This document shows positions 25,370 through 38,000 of a DNA stretch of 64,000 nucleotides, piece by piece. A model generated the notes under the pieces. That model did not search any database, was not told where the DNA came from, and worked only from the letters and a program-made list of their open reading frames with translations. The DNA comes from Guillardia theta CCMP2712 (taxonomy: Eukaryota > Protista > Cryptophyta). The position numbers were made by a program, and so were the translations under genes. Position 1 is the stretch's first letter; the number at the start of each line of letters is the position of its first letter. The stretch is taken from NCBI RefSeq assembly GCF_000315625.1, contig NW_005434663.1:62001-126000 (forward strand), written 5' to 3'.

Positions 25370-25519
25370 CGCCGGAGAGACTAACTTTTCAGCCTTGTAA
25401 AATAGGGGGGGGGAGCGGGGAGGGTAGTCCTAATTAAGACAGAATGTACAAGTTTATTGTTATGGTGAAAGAGGGAGGACAAGAAAAGATTAATGGTCCA
25501 GGCTCTAGGCAGGATTCTC

Positions 25520-28500
25520 ATTCATTTTCTCCTGCACAAAATACGATGATAAGCATGATTGCACTGTGAGGAAGAGAGAGGTGGGAGGCAGCGAAAGAAG
25601 GAAGAGCAAGAAGCATCAGGAGCAGGGGCAGGAGCCTTCTAGGCGTGGTCTTACACAGGTCTCGTTGACTTGCTCTATCAGTCTGGTAGTGTCGCTGTCG
25701 ACGCCATTGAGAATCACCTGACAAGCGTCACGCGAGCAGAGGGAAGTCAGCCTACCTCGTGCGTGACCAGCTCCTGCGGCGGTTCCATTGGCGCCGCTGC
25801 CACACCAGTGTCGGAGAGACGGTAGCGTCAAAGCAGGGGAACGTAGACGAGACGAGACCAGGGGAGAGGAGAGGAGAGACGAGACCAAGGGAGAGGAGAG
25901 GAGAGGAGAGGAGAGGGGAGGAGAGGAGAGGGGAGGGGAGGAGAGGGGAGGAGAGGAGAGGAGAGGAGAGGAGAGGAGCTAGGCAAAGGAGAAAAGACTG
26001 GAGGGTGGAGGAAGAGGACTTCAAGATGGACCTGACGGAGTAGACTTTGCGGAGTCTTGACGGAGGATCCTGAGATAGTCCGCGAGCTCCTGGATGCCGA
26101 GTGAGTGTGGGAGGAGGAGGGAGAGGAAGCAGACAAGTTGAAGGAGACGGACGAGACCCTTTGACGACTTGACGGTGGCAGTGAAATCTGAAACGATCTG
26201 AAATATGTTAAACCTTCCCCTTGCTTGATACTCTGTCCCCCTCACCTCTGATCTGCCTGAGAGAATTCGCTGCCCGAAGACTGTCCACGGCCCCTGCTCG
26301 ACGTTGAACTGAAGGAAGTCAGTAGGGAACAGGTGATGGTGGTGGTGGTAGAGGAGGAGGAGGAGGAGGAGGAGGAGAAGGAGGGGGGGGGGGGGAGGGA
26401 GGAGGAGGAGGAGGAGGAGGAGAAGCAGCAGCAGCAGCAAGTACTCACTTCTTCCTCCCCCGCACAGACGTCGATGAAGCCATCCAGAACGAGCGTAAAG
26501 ACAGTCGCGGTCTGCCCTCGGACGTAGAGAGGCTGAGGAAGAGGATGAGGAGGGGCACGGAGCAACCGGNNNNNNNNNNNNNNNNNNNNNNNNNNNNNNN
26601 NNNNNNNNNNNNNNNNNNNNNNNNNNNNNNNNNNNNNNNNNNNNNNNNNNNNNNNNNNNNNNNNNNNNNNNNNNNNNNNNNNNNNNNNNNNNNNNNNNNN
26701 NNNNNNNNNNNNNNNNNNNNNNNNNNNNNNNNNNNNNNNNNNNNNNNNNNNNNNNNNNNNNNNNNNNNNNNNNNNNNNNNNNNNNNNNNNNNNNNNNNNN
26801 NNNNNNNNNNNNNNNNNNNNNNNNNNNNNNNNNNNNNNNNNNNNNNNNNNNNNNNNNNNNNNNNNNNNNNNNNNNNNNNNNNNNNNNNNNNNNNNNNNNN
26901 NNNNNNNNNNNNNNNNNNNNNNNNNNNNNNNNNNNNNNNNNNNNNNNNNNNNNNNNNNNNNNNNNNNNNNNNNNNNNNNNNNNNNNNNNNNNNNNNNNNN
27001 NNNNNNNNNNNNNNNNNNNNNNNNNNNNNNNNNNNNNNNNNNNNNNNNNNNNNNNNNNNNNNNNNNNNNNNNNNNNNNNNNNNNNNNNNNNNNNNNNNNN
27101 NNNNNNNNNNNNNNNNNNNNNNNNNNNNNNNNNNNNNNNNNNNNNNNNNNNNNNNNNNNNNNNNNNAGGGAGAGGGAGAGGGAGAGGGAGAGGGAGAGGG
27201 AGAGGGAGAGGGAGAGGGAGAGGGAGAGGGAGAGGACAAGAAGTTTGTTCACTTGGAGGAGAGGATGCTCAGAGTGCATCAGGCTGCCTCCTGCCATGCG
27301 TGCAAGCTCGTGCTTCTTGGCCTTGCGGGAGAACCTGACCCTGACACCCACGTCCTGCTCGTCGTAGATTTCTTCTTGCAGGATCTCCTCGCTGCCATCG
27401 CGTCAAAGATGCTCATGGTCTTCTCAGGTCTTGCTCTCACATGAGATCTTCAAGTGTTATGATGCCAACAGTCTTGTAGTAAGGGTCTCCGTCATCAACA
27501 CACACAACCTCCTGCCCATCCTGTCACTCTCTCTCCCCTCCACAAATTCGCTCCTGCTCGCCTGCACTAGGGCCATGTGGCTCCTGCCGGACTTGAACAC
27601 CTTCATCACTTCCGACGTCTTGCAGTCGTTGAAGACGATGGGGATGTCGCGCCCAAACCAGTGGTGGCAGAGCATGCGGACAGGTAGGGCGTCTTCGGGG
27701 TCGACGAGGATGAGTTCTTTCACAAAGAGGAGCGCGACGACTTTCTTGATCCCGTGGGGATCGACCTCGAAGACGGGAACGCGCGAGTGACCCGCCTGGA
27801 AAACTTTCATGATGGTCTCGAAGTTCAAGTTGTCGTCCATGTGCAGCATGAAAACTTCTTCAATCTTCGTCATGCACGTCCCGACGGTCTTCTTGCCGAA
27901 ATCCAGAGCGCCTGCCATGATGTTCGTGTCCTCCTGCTGAAAGTCTGTGTCCTGCATCTTGGCATACATCTCCAGCATACCCTTGAGCTGGTTGCGGCTG
28001 TATATCGTTCCGATCTCCTCCCCCAGGAGCTGGTCAAGGATAAGGGACACGGGGTAGGACGCGAGGAAGGTGAGGATGACGAAGAGATAAACAAGGGGAA
28101 TGCAGGCAGATCCGATTGCAAGAGGATGGCGGGAGCACACGGACTGCGGGATGATCTCGCCGAAGATGACGATGGACAAGGTTGAGATGAGGAAGCCTGC
28201 GAACCCAGAGGTCATGTCCGCCATGATGATGGACAGCAGGCAGTTCACGGCGACGTTCCCGAAGAGGAGCGTGCACAACAGGAGGTTGCCGCGCTTGCGG
28301 AACGGCTGGATCCTCCGAGCATAGCGCGCATCTCGTCGTTCTGAGGGGAACAGAGGGGTGAGAAGGAGCAAGTTAGGAGGAGCAAGAAGACCTGAGGCTG
28401 AGGCTTCGGGTCTCTCCCCGCTCTCTATCACAATCCGCAGCCCCACTTGGTCGAGACCCATCAGCCCCAGGGTCAACCCCTGAGAAGATGTCACTCCTCC

Positions 28501-28766
28501 TACTACTACTACTACTACTACTCCTACTCCTCTTCTCCCCCAACCCCCTTCACTCCTTCTGCTCCTGCTCCTCCTGCTTCTGCTCCTGCTCCTCTTCTCC
28601 CCCCCCAAAACCCTACTCACCCCCACTCCATCCCCCTCCTTCCTCCCTCCCCTCCTCCCTACTCATACTACTTCTCCACTCCTACTCGTTGCCATACCGA
28701 GAAGAGCGCTGAGAGGGAGATGAGGACAACCGAGGCGATCAATGACGTTGCGTTGATACTCGACAT
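25520..28766 (-). CDS. CNNM/DUF21 CBS-pair metal (Mg2+) transporter; spans an assembly gap; 3' end approximate
   Basis: LSALFS|GLTLGLMGLD, RYARRIQPFRKRGNLLLCTLLFGNVAVN, IVIFGEIIPQSVCSRH, GHSRVPVF, FKSGRSHMALVQ|EVVCVDDGDPYYKTVGIITLEDLI, and a C-terminal cNMP-like part (VSDFTATV). Confidence 0.93.
25860..25980. repeat. (GAGGA/GAGAG)n low-complexity intronic repeat
   Basis: Run of gaggagaggagagg/gggaggagagg units. Confidence 0.85.
26570..27166. other. Assembly gap (597 N) followed by (GGGAGA)n
   Basis: N run; hexamer repeat at 27167-27232. Confidence 1.
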
Positions 28767-29236
28767 GCTGTTCAGTCTTCTGTCTTCTGTTGCAGCTAGC
28801 AGTGGGAGAGCAACATCCTCTTGAGACTGCATTACCTAACATCAGGTTGCCGATTCCATTCGATCCTCTATCCCCTCTTTCACTGACACTGACACTCACA
28901 CCCTCTGACTATGGTACACTCTCGCCACATGGTCTCTCCTCTCCTGACTTGCTTCTTCTCCTCTTGCTTCTTCTCCTCTTCCTTCCTCTCCTCTTCCTTC
29001 CTGCTTTCCTTCCTGTCTTCCCTTCCTCCTGCGCTTCGCCTCCGGGACTGCCTGCACTTACATTTCCACCAACTTGACTAAACCCCCCGGGCACCACCCC
29101 ACCCCCATCTCCACCTGCCATGCACCCCTACATCACTACAGCCAACTTCGCCTAGGCAGATTTTTACTTACCTATTCAAAGTTTTACTCAAACTTTGAAC
29201 ACGTGAAGTTCCTCCTCCTCCTCCTCCTCCTCCTCC

Positions 29237-29336
29237 NNNNNNNNNNNNNNNNNNNNNNNNNNNNNNNNNNNNNNNNNNNNNNNNNNNNNNNNNNNNNNNN
29301 NNNNNNNNNNNNNNNNNNNNNNNNNNNNNNNNNNNN
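29237..29336. other. Assembly gap (100 N) within (CCT)n; followed by (CTCCAGCTC)n
   Basis: N run flanked by microsatellites. Confidence 1.
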
Positions 29337-29639
29337 CCCTCCTCCTCCTCCTCCTCCACTCTCCTCCTCCTCCTCCATCTCCTCCTCCTCCTCCTGCTCC
29401 TCCTCCAGCTCCTCCAGCTCCTCCAGCTCCTCCAGCTCCTCCAGCTCCTCCAGCTCCTCCTCCAGCTTGCTTCTATCCACTCAGTTGTGCTCTTCTATTT
29501 GTTTCTTGTTCTTCTATCGGTCTCTTCCCTGCATCCAACTGAGCACTCTCATATTTGTTTCTTGTTCTTCTCCCCGTCACACTCGCTGGATTTTCCTTCC
29601 TTTCTTAGGACTACCTCATCGCACAAGAACTAAGAAACA

Positions 29640-30008
29640 ATGTCGAAGAATCTAGCAAAGAAGCAGTTAAGAAGCTTGCAGGAGAGTATTGCCAAGGAAG
29701 ATTCTCACGGCAAAGAGGACAAGAAGATGTCTAAGTCCATGATGAAGAGGAGGAGGGAGAAGGCCTTTCCTGTGACCTTCCGTCCAAAGCCAACGATTAA
29801 CGCGAAAGAAAAGCGCATGAAGCTGAATCTGCAAAGGAAAATAGCGGAAAAAGAGCGAATCCAGGAGACTTGCAAGCACTCGATCAAGGTGCTAGCAAAG
29901 CGTTTCAATGTCGACCCTGAGAAGCTGAAGAAGAAAGAAGAGAAGAAGAAGAAAGAGGAAGAGGAGGACGACGATGACATTGATGAGGATCTTCTTGATC
30001 TGATTTAA
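29640..30008 (+). CDS. Small Lys-rich, acidic-tailed hypothetical protein (possibly nuclear/nucleolar)
   Basis: 122-aa intronless ORF with natural composition (MSKNLAKKQLRSLQ..., poly-K then DDDDIDEDLLDLI). Confidence 0.6.
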   Translation: MSKNLAKKQLRSLQESIAKEDSHGKEDKKMSKSMMKRRREKAFPVTFRPKPTINAKEKRMKLNLQRKIAEKERIQETCKHSIKVLAKRFNVDPEKLKKKEEKKKKEEEEDDDDIDEDLLDLI

Positions 30009-30088
30009 TTTCTCTTCTAAGAATTCTCTCTTTTCCCTGTAGATTCTAGAAATGCATTGAATTTTTGTGCAACTGCAATACTTTGAAA

Positions 30089-31312
30089 TCATCCTTGCTT
30101 CTTCAGAGTTGGGGTACTCACACCCTTGATTCTGAGCATGAGCTGACATTCAGCAAAGGCTACCCACCACTTCTGCTCCAGCTCTCCCTTGGGCGCCTGG
30201 AGTCTCTCACTTTCAACAGCGAGATCTTAATGTTACTCGCCCACCTGGTCCCAGGGCTTGGGAAACGAGCAGAAGTGCAGGCACCGGACTGCTCCGACTG
30301 CATTCCAGTACCTGCCAGGAAACTTGAGCAGATGCCCTCTCACGAGTATCCCGCTGGCTGCCCTGGTTTCTTCTGCGTCAGCCAGTACATGGTGCGGAGA
30401 GCGTTGTATCTGAATGGAAGGCGACTTGCCTCGCCCATGGTAAACCTGATGGCTACATTCAACATCATCTTGAGGACAAGACTCTGACCAGTCGTGAAAG
30501 TAACTGTTCAAGAACCCTGTGTCGCCACCATCGTAGGAATGCATCACGCCAATCCTGCTGATCATGTCTTCAAACACCTGAGAAACATTCCACGATGACC
30601 TTAGGAACAACTTTCATGTCATCAACCTCTAGTGACGGCTCCACAACCAATACTCCAGCATTGAACCGATCGGGAGGGAAAGTGTCAGGAGCTGCTGCGA
30701 ATCTGCCCTAAATGTCAGGTGACGACCGGAGGCATAAATACAGGAAAACCTTGTTTCTCTTGAGAACAGGTCGTCAATACTTTCCATCACCAGACAATCA
30801 GCATCGACATAGACTAGTTTGGAAAATTCCGTCAACTTCCAACTAACATCGAATGTCAGACCGTGAAAAGGTTGGTTGCTACATACATGTTCAGTTTTGT
30901 GTAACCAGACTGATCCCATGCATCAATGCCACTAGACTCTTTGGCTAGATGAGATCATCACAGATCTCTTCACGGACACCTTGCAAAATCACAACATACA
31001 TACATGATATCGATTCAACCATTATAATCCTCAATCCCGCTTGTTCAAGTGCCTTTCGGCTATCGGCTGAAACCTCGTCTGTAACCATGCAGCATATAGG
31101 TCTTTGCTTCATTGAAGTGGATCAGAGATTGAAAGCGGTCGTATAAAAAGAAAAGAGCGTACGTTTGACTTGTCTTGTGTTTTTAAAATGCTATGAGCAA
31201 GCACAAGCGCCCCCATCAAGTAACTTGTTCGAAGAGTTACCACTTCAGATCATAGCAACCGAAGTTACCTGTCACTTGTGACCATTGTGATGTACGCCTC
31301 TTTGCAGCTCAT
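30089..31312 (-). CDS. GT8 glycosyltransferase, glycogenin-like
   Basis: MSCKEAYITMVTSD, LMGALVLAHSI, WKLTEFSKLVYVDADCLV, FAAAPDTFPPDRFNAGVLV, SYDGGDTGFLNSYFHDW, RRLPFRYNA, LHFCSFPKPW. Confidence 0.9.
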
Positions 31313-31830
31313 GCCGGCTACCTTGATCCACTTTGTTATCTGAAGAACGTGCATCGGAATCAGGAACGGCAACGAAGAAAACAACGCCATGATTCCTCAT
31401 AGATGCACAAGGAACAGAAGAAAGTCAGCGATTGCATCCTTGGTGTGTGTAAACAATCGTATCCGTTCCTCGCATAACACCATCATCTTCTCGCGCTCCC
31501 TACACCCTCGCCATTCCTGAATCATCTATCCGCCATGTCTTTGTGGGAACAGGCCGAAATCTGTCCTCCCCGATCGCGCCGACCGCCGTATCAGTGCCCG
31601 ACCGGCCCGGCGGCGCCGGGCGGCCCTGACTCTCAGTCTAGCGACTCGGACCGTACCGCACTCTATGGTACCGACGGGGGACTGGGAGTCACCCTCGGGC
31701 GCGACCCGCCGGCAGCGTTCAGTGCCAGTACGGCAGCGGCGGCGGTGGGCTGCAGTGTGCTGCTATCAGTGTGTGAAGAGGCTATTCATTATGACTGTCA
31801 GCTTAACGAGCCTAACCGTTGAAAGAGACT

Positions 31831-34413
31831 TCAGCTGCTGACTCTCTTCATTCTGTCCAGACCCCCGTAGTTCTCAACAGAGATGTGAAAGACCAGCAAG
31901 GAGAGAACCTAACAAAGACTTGCATCAAGTAGAGCACTTGAAGATGGTGCCAGGCAAGGGGAGTAGCCGCCGCGGCCGGGGAAGGAGCCGGGGACTCGGG
32001 AAGCAGAGGAGAGAGAGGAGAGAGAAGAGTGCTACCAGTAGGCCTGAGGAGACCATGTACATTCCTCCCGGAAGTTTGACCTTGCAGGTGAGAAATGTTC
32101 AGTCATGAGCAGGGCTACGTAGAACTTTTGACAAGCTCGCTATGAGAGAGGTGGCGAAAGTGAAGGTGAAGATCAAGATCAAGATCAAGATCAAGATCAA
32201 GATCAAGATCAAGGAGGGGGATTAGTACCTTGCGACTGTCATGGATCCAATACGCAAAGAGTGATGACATGATGGGCTGGCCTACAATGCTGCATATTGA
32301 CTTCACCGTCTCACTCGCTCCCTGCATCGCTCCCTTCTCGTCAGGGTTCGCCTGTAAGGAAAGAATCATCCAGTGTCGCAAGACAGCAGGAAAGTCTAGT
32401 CAAGATGGGAAAGGGAACAGGACAAGGTTTCAGGTCAGGCAGGAGAAGAAAGGGCTGACTGGACGAGGACCTGGTTGGCAATAAAGCTCAAGGAAGAAGG
32501 AAGAGCTGTAGAGCCCACGGCAGCGAGGGTCAAGGCCAAGTACAAATTCCTTCCAGAAGCTTTTAGCCGTCAAGGACACAGCGATCACCTTTACTTGTCG
32601 CCTGACACGTTGGCAAGCAGAAACATGGCGGCAGAGTAGATGAGCAGAGCAAACTTGATAGCGTCTGAATGACTGAAGAACTTGAGCACGAGCTGATCAA
32701 CTACTGTGAGGAGGAGAAAAGAATAACAGGGACTGAGACCTTAGGGAGGATAGCTGTCGCTATGCCAAATACAGACAGGACCCCTCCACTCTGATTGAAA
32801 GGAGCTCAATCGCTGCTGAAGACTTGAGGGTACACCACCTTGCCGTTGGACCAACCGTGAGCGAAGCTGAAGAAGTTCATCCACGTGGCCTGCAGTCAAG
32901 GACTTGATCAGCCTGTGCTCGAATAGTGCATCCTCAAAGACCTGAAGGCCTACATGCGCGAACCACAAGAGAAAGTAAGAAAGGGACACTCCCTTGACCA
33001 GCGAGTTGCGACTGAGCATCCTGATCGCTCCGATACTGCATGTTTCGAACGCACAGCACTCAGGTTTGAGGTTGTGATGTGAGAGTCTCACGGATTGGCA
33101 TCAAGAAGTTTCACTTCTGACTTCCTGGAATCCTACAGTGCTGCCAATCAATTGCATCTCAGACTGTGAGTGGGGGTTACCTGGCTTAGAGATTCAGGAC
33201 AGATGAATAGAATATTGAGAGCGTTGACGATTCCTTTGTAGAAAGTAGAAAGTAAGCACGACTCGCAGCCATTACCAGGTAAAATTCTTTCAACCAATGC
33301 AGGCAGAGACGTAGAAGGGCATTTTGGTCGAGAACTGCCGAGCAGTAAGGAATTGATAGTGAGGTGTATGGTAAATTATCATGCCTTGGTCATTAGAATG
33401 GCTGATAGCGGGATGCCGACAATGAAGCCAACTCCAGCTGAAACTCCCATGAAGATGCCAAGGTTTGCGGCAAGATTTTTGGTGGAGCTGATATCACAGA
33501 CGTATGCCTTGGGAGCGAGATCAGGATATTGAAGAACTTCTCAGGACAAAGTCCACCTGACCCAGCCCAAACATGCAAGACGTGCACCCATCGATGGCCG
33601 CTGCAATGTACATCAAAGACAAGATGGGCGATACTCCTACTATGAGAGCCCCGATCGAAATCCCTGCCATGACCATGTCATGAGGACGAAGCGGTTGAAT
33701 TCACTTGCCTACGGCAGACATGACAATAAAAGGTTTCCTGCCGTACTTGTCGCTCAGTGTCCCCCAGAGATTGTTGGTCAGGAAGGTGAAGAATGCATCC
33801 GTAGCCAACAGCGATGATAGCACAAGGTGTGCTCTGCTCGACACCTTGTCCGAGCGATTGATGACAGTGTTGATGAGCTTCGGTAATGCTCTGAGAGGTG
33901 TAAAATTTGCAGTATGAATGGCAGTTGCAAGAGATTACGGTATCGCCATCGCCACACTCATGAAGTACAAGCTGCAAGAATATATCATTGGTGGTGGTGT
34001 ATAGGTGAGAAGTTCAGATAAATTCAGAAACAGCAGGAAAGCAGGGCAAGCTTCGATAGAACTCACAGGCCGAAACTGATGGGAAAGAGCATGCTGATTT
34101 CTCTCCCCTCCCTAAAAGTTCTTCATCACGCGAAGACCAGCATCACTTGAATTTCAAACCTAGAAGATTCCGACAGGTCTCCTCCTCGAATCCTTTCCAG
34201 TTCTTTTCCTGACCCTGCATCCCTCCCTCTCCGAAAGAGCTCGGAATTCCCTAGACGGGAAGAACGCGCAAAGTTGGAGTTGAGGAGAGCTGGAGAGGAC
34301 GGAGAGGTGGGAGATGAGAAGGAGGATTGTGATGGAATCGCAAGCGTCCTCGTCAAGGCCATTGCCAGCATGACGAGCCATGTCACTACCTGCCTGTGCG
34401 CCAGGTTCGCCAT
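31831..34413 (-). CDS. MFS transporter (TetA/HIAT1-like) with N-terminal signal-like leader
   Basis: LLGTLSDKYGRKPF (MFS motif A), IDGLTCCM, QAYVCDI, YFLLWFAHVGLQ, ANPDEKGAMQGASETVKSICSIVGQPIMSSLFAYWI, LPGGMY; many short introns. Confidence 0.85.
32168..32212. repeat. (AGATCA)n hexanucleotide microsatellite, intronic
   Basis: ~7 copies of agatca. Confidence 0.9.
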
Positions 34414-35077
34414 GGCCGCCGTGAAATGTACAAAGCAGGCTCGCCTCAGCAACGAAATGTAGGAGGCGCTTCACAAGACGCTGGTAAACTTGTGACTCTA
34501 GCGGCGCCCTGCCGTCATCTAGCTAGCAACCATCCTTGATCCTGGGGTAGGGGTGAAAAAATGAGGTGTGATAAAGGATGGTGAGGGTGGGGGTAGTCCA
34601 TGTAAAGGACCAGGGCAGGAAACAGTCATTTCATAATCCTCCTTCTATGATTTTGCAACCTATACGAATGGTTGATGTCACAGCACGTATGCTTCAAATG
34701 ATAGCACGGATAGGAGATTCAGGGGTGGATATAAATTGGGGGTGGGGGTACCACAAATGGGAAGGGGTTGGGTAGTGGTCCACCCGTTCGAGGTGGGATG
34801 GCGTGCGAGGGAGCGATTAGAATGGAGCGTGTGAGGAGGAGAGAGAATGCTGAGAGAAGGAGTTGAAACACCGCAAGGTTCGTTCCGCATGCTCGCTCAT
34901 CTGTAGTAGACCAACCTCCTGAACAATACTTTCATGTAACAACAGAGATGCGGCTGAATCCATCTGATATAACCTTGCCGCACCTGGTCTATCTTTCACT
35001 GTAAAGCAAGCCTCGACTTTCATCCAGAGCTTCTCGGCAGTTCTTGTGTTGCTGCAACAACCAGACGAGCCTGGTCA

Positions 35078-38000
35078 ATGACTTCGCTTGGAGATGAAGA
35101 CAACGCTAGACGACCTCTGGTCGAAGGAGTAAAGGACAAGGAGAAATGCCCTGAAGCGTCAACCCTTCGGAGAGCAAGCAAGCAACAAGCACGGATGCTG
35201 TGCTCTTTGTTGCTCTCACTCTCTTTTCTCTTACCAGTACAAACTCAGCAACAGAGTGATGGGAGCCCAACAACACTTCTGGCAGGTCAACTCACTTGGT
35301 CCATAGATCCCTTGTTCTCGCAGGGTTCAAGAAATGTATATTTCAAGTTGACATTGTCCTACGTCTTCGATCCTCAGTGCAACCTGACGAGTCAAATGTG
35401 TATGAATGCAACCATGCCCTCTCTCGGAGCATTATGTACAGAGCAGTATGTTGACAAATCTTCGGGAGAGAACGGGGGAGGTCCTCCAAAACTGCAGCAG
35501 CAAGCAGAAACTTCCTGCTATTCCATCAGCACTCGTGATGGAAATGTTCGATACAACTTGAAGGCTGTGAATGGGATTCCTGTCTTGAACGTGTTGCTGC
35601 ATCATGAGGTCTTGGTAGACCAAAGTGTCTCAGGAGTCTTTGCCTACCTGTGTGTGCCCAACGGCACACTGCTTCGAACATGCAACGGAGATCGTTTGCC
35701 GTGTGCTCTAAATTCTACTCTACCCATACGCGGCGGATTCAAAGATTTTGGAGGCTTTTATGAGCCCTACTGGACTGGCTTCGAGTCGTATGTCAATGGA
35801 ACATGTACATCCTCAAGCATGCCTGCGTTTGAAACTTTCGTAAGCCTTTGCTCCTCTGCAGCAGCACAAGATAATTGTCAGGGACAGTACAGCGGTATTT
35901 CGAATTACTATTCTCCAGACCCCGCTGTATCTCCATTTGTTGAAGTATCTCAAAATCCTGTCTACAACATGACATACAACCTGACGTACAATAAGGAACA
36001 GAGATGGTACTTCCAATATCCAGCCCAAGAATTCTATAGAGCTTTTACTGGAAATGGATCGTACGTGGCCCCTTACCCTCCTTTCCATTTACAAGCATCA
36101 GATGAAGATGGAAACTTGATGGCATACTTTGATTATTCTTGGAGAGATAAGTTTCCAACCAGAGAGAGTAGTAATGTTCACGCCGAATGCTTCACAGGTA
36201 ATCTTGAGATGTGACAAAATGTTGTTTTTGATTGGAATTGAAGGAGATTACGTCGAAGGATACAGCTGGCCATTCGCCCATATATACCCAAAATTGGTTG
36301 AAGTTGGAGCCTGTAACTCTTTTTTTGATGGAGATGGAAGCGGGGGAAGGTAGCAGATATACACATGCTCTTGAATGTATCTTGACTTTTGATGCAGTCA
36401 ACTCAAGTTTGACTTCGACTTTGCTTTCTATGCTCCTCTGAATAACAGCACAACTTCCTGGTACAAGTTCCTGTGGCTAGATAATGGGCAGTCAGTCTCG
36501 AGATGCTCCAATGTAAGTCAGGACAATCAGTTCGCTTTCTGCAGTGGAAATCAAGTCTTCACACAGCACCTGGTCAGCACTCTAGACCTCCCCTTCTCCG
36601 ACGTAGACAATCTAGCAAATGAGGACATCGGTGGATCTAACTACGTAGCAAACAAGTCTCAGTGGTACTGGCAGGCCAGCAATGCTACCGGAAAGCTCAC
36701 ATATGTCCCTGCTGGATCCGTTGTTCGCAGCCTTTTCTCGGCATACGTGTGCTATCCAGGTCTGCAAAACCAGCCGCCCAAGTTCGTGAACCCAGTATAT
36801 GTGGATGGCCAATTCTTCAGTTCTTCTTCTCGGAAGTTCAGCAAACTTCCTGCTGATTATTTGCTACCGCCTGCAGAGACAGAAAAGCTTTGCTACGTGA
36901 ACAGCACCTGTACGCTGGAGCTGGTGGCGCAAGACTTCCTGGTGGGCTCAAGTCTTTGTGCAGATCCAGAATGTCAAAATTTTGATGATGTGTCCTTGTC
37001 GGAAGATGTTGTACAGATAGAATTAATCACTGAATGGACGAATTGGAGTGGAATTTCATTGAGTACTGCGCATTGTGAGAGCGACAGCAAACGACCATGT
37101 GTTTGGGATTCAGATTGCCTCCCAGGCGACCGCTGTACAGGATATCAGCCTGACTCTTCCATTCAGCCCTTCTACGGACACTGTTGCGATGCTAGCATGC
37201 CTTGTCTGAGTGGGGCTGAGCCAGGGACTTCTAGATGCATATTTGACTCCGACTGCCCACCCGCGCAGCAGTGCGTCAAGCCAAGATGTGAAAGCAATTC
37301 AAACCACAACATATCTGGCGCACTCAAATGCTACTACACAGAATTCTTCAGTGCGAGTGACGCAGGGAAAGTTGTTCAGCGCTGTTTCATAGCAAAAGAT
37401 CCCCATGGCGATAAGGTTTGGACTGGAACGCCTCCAGCACCAAGCTCGTTCTACCCCTACGTCATCACAGGGTTGTGCGACCCTCGTCTCAATCCCCAGA
37501 GAACCTGCAATGTCGCAGGGAGTGAGGTGGTCGAGACTGCAACGCCAAGCAACACTTGCTCGTCATATCCTGTATGTTTCAAGATTAGGATTGAGAGTAA
37601 TCCTCCGCAGTTTGTACATCCCACACCTCTAGAATCCAACTCTCTCGATGAGCAGGGAAATCCTATTCCCAATCAAACAGACGTCGCAGCTTGCGAGGGC
37701 TATCCCATCGATCTCATCATCAAGGCGGAGGATCCGGATGTTGGGAATAATGTGAGAATCTTCCTCCATGACTTCGAAATCGACACGTCTGTCGCCACAT
37801 CTCAGGACCTCCAGTGGATGCAAACAGTTGAGAATTCCTACAACTTCGACTTCTTTTCAAACAGAGCCACACCTCAATATCCACCCCAATGTTCTGGAAA
37901 TCCAGCAAATGACAGCTTTCATGGGTATGACGCCTACAAAGTTGGTGTGAACGCACAGCAAGAAAGCATTCTGCCATTGGATGGTTCAATAGTGAAATCT

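Noticed and set aside
26242-27444. ORFs containing long X runs and SP/GE dipeptide repeats
   Set aside because: Artefacts of the N gap and (GGGAGA)n
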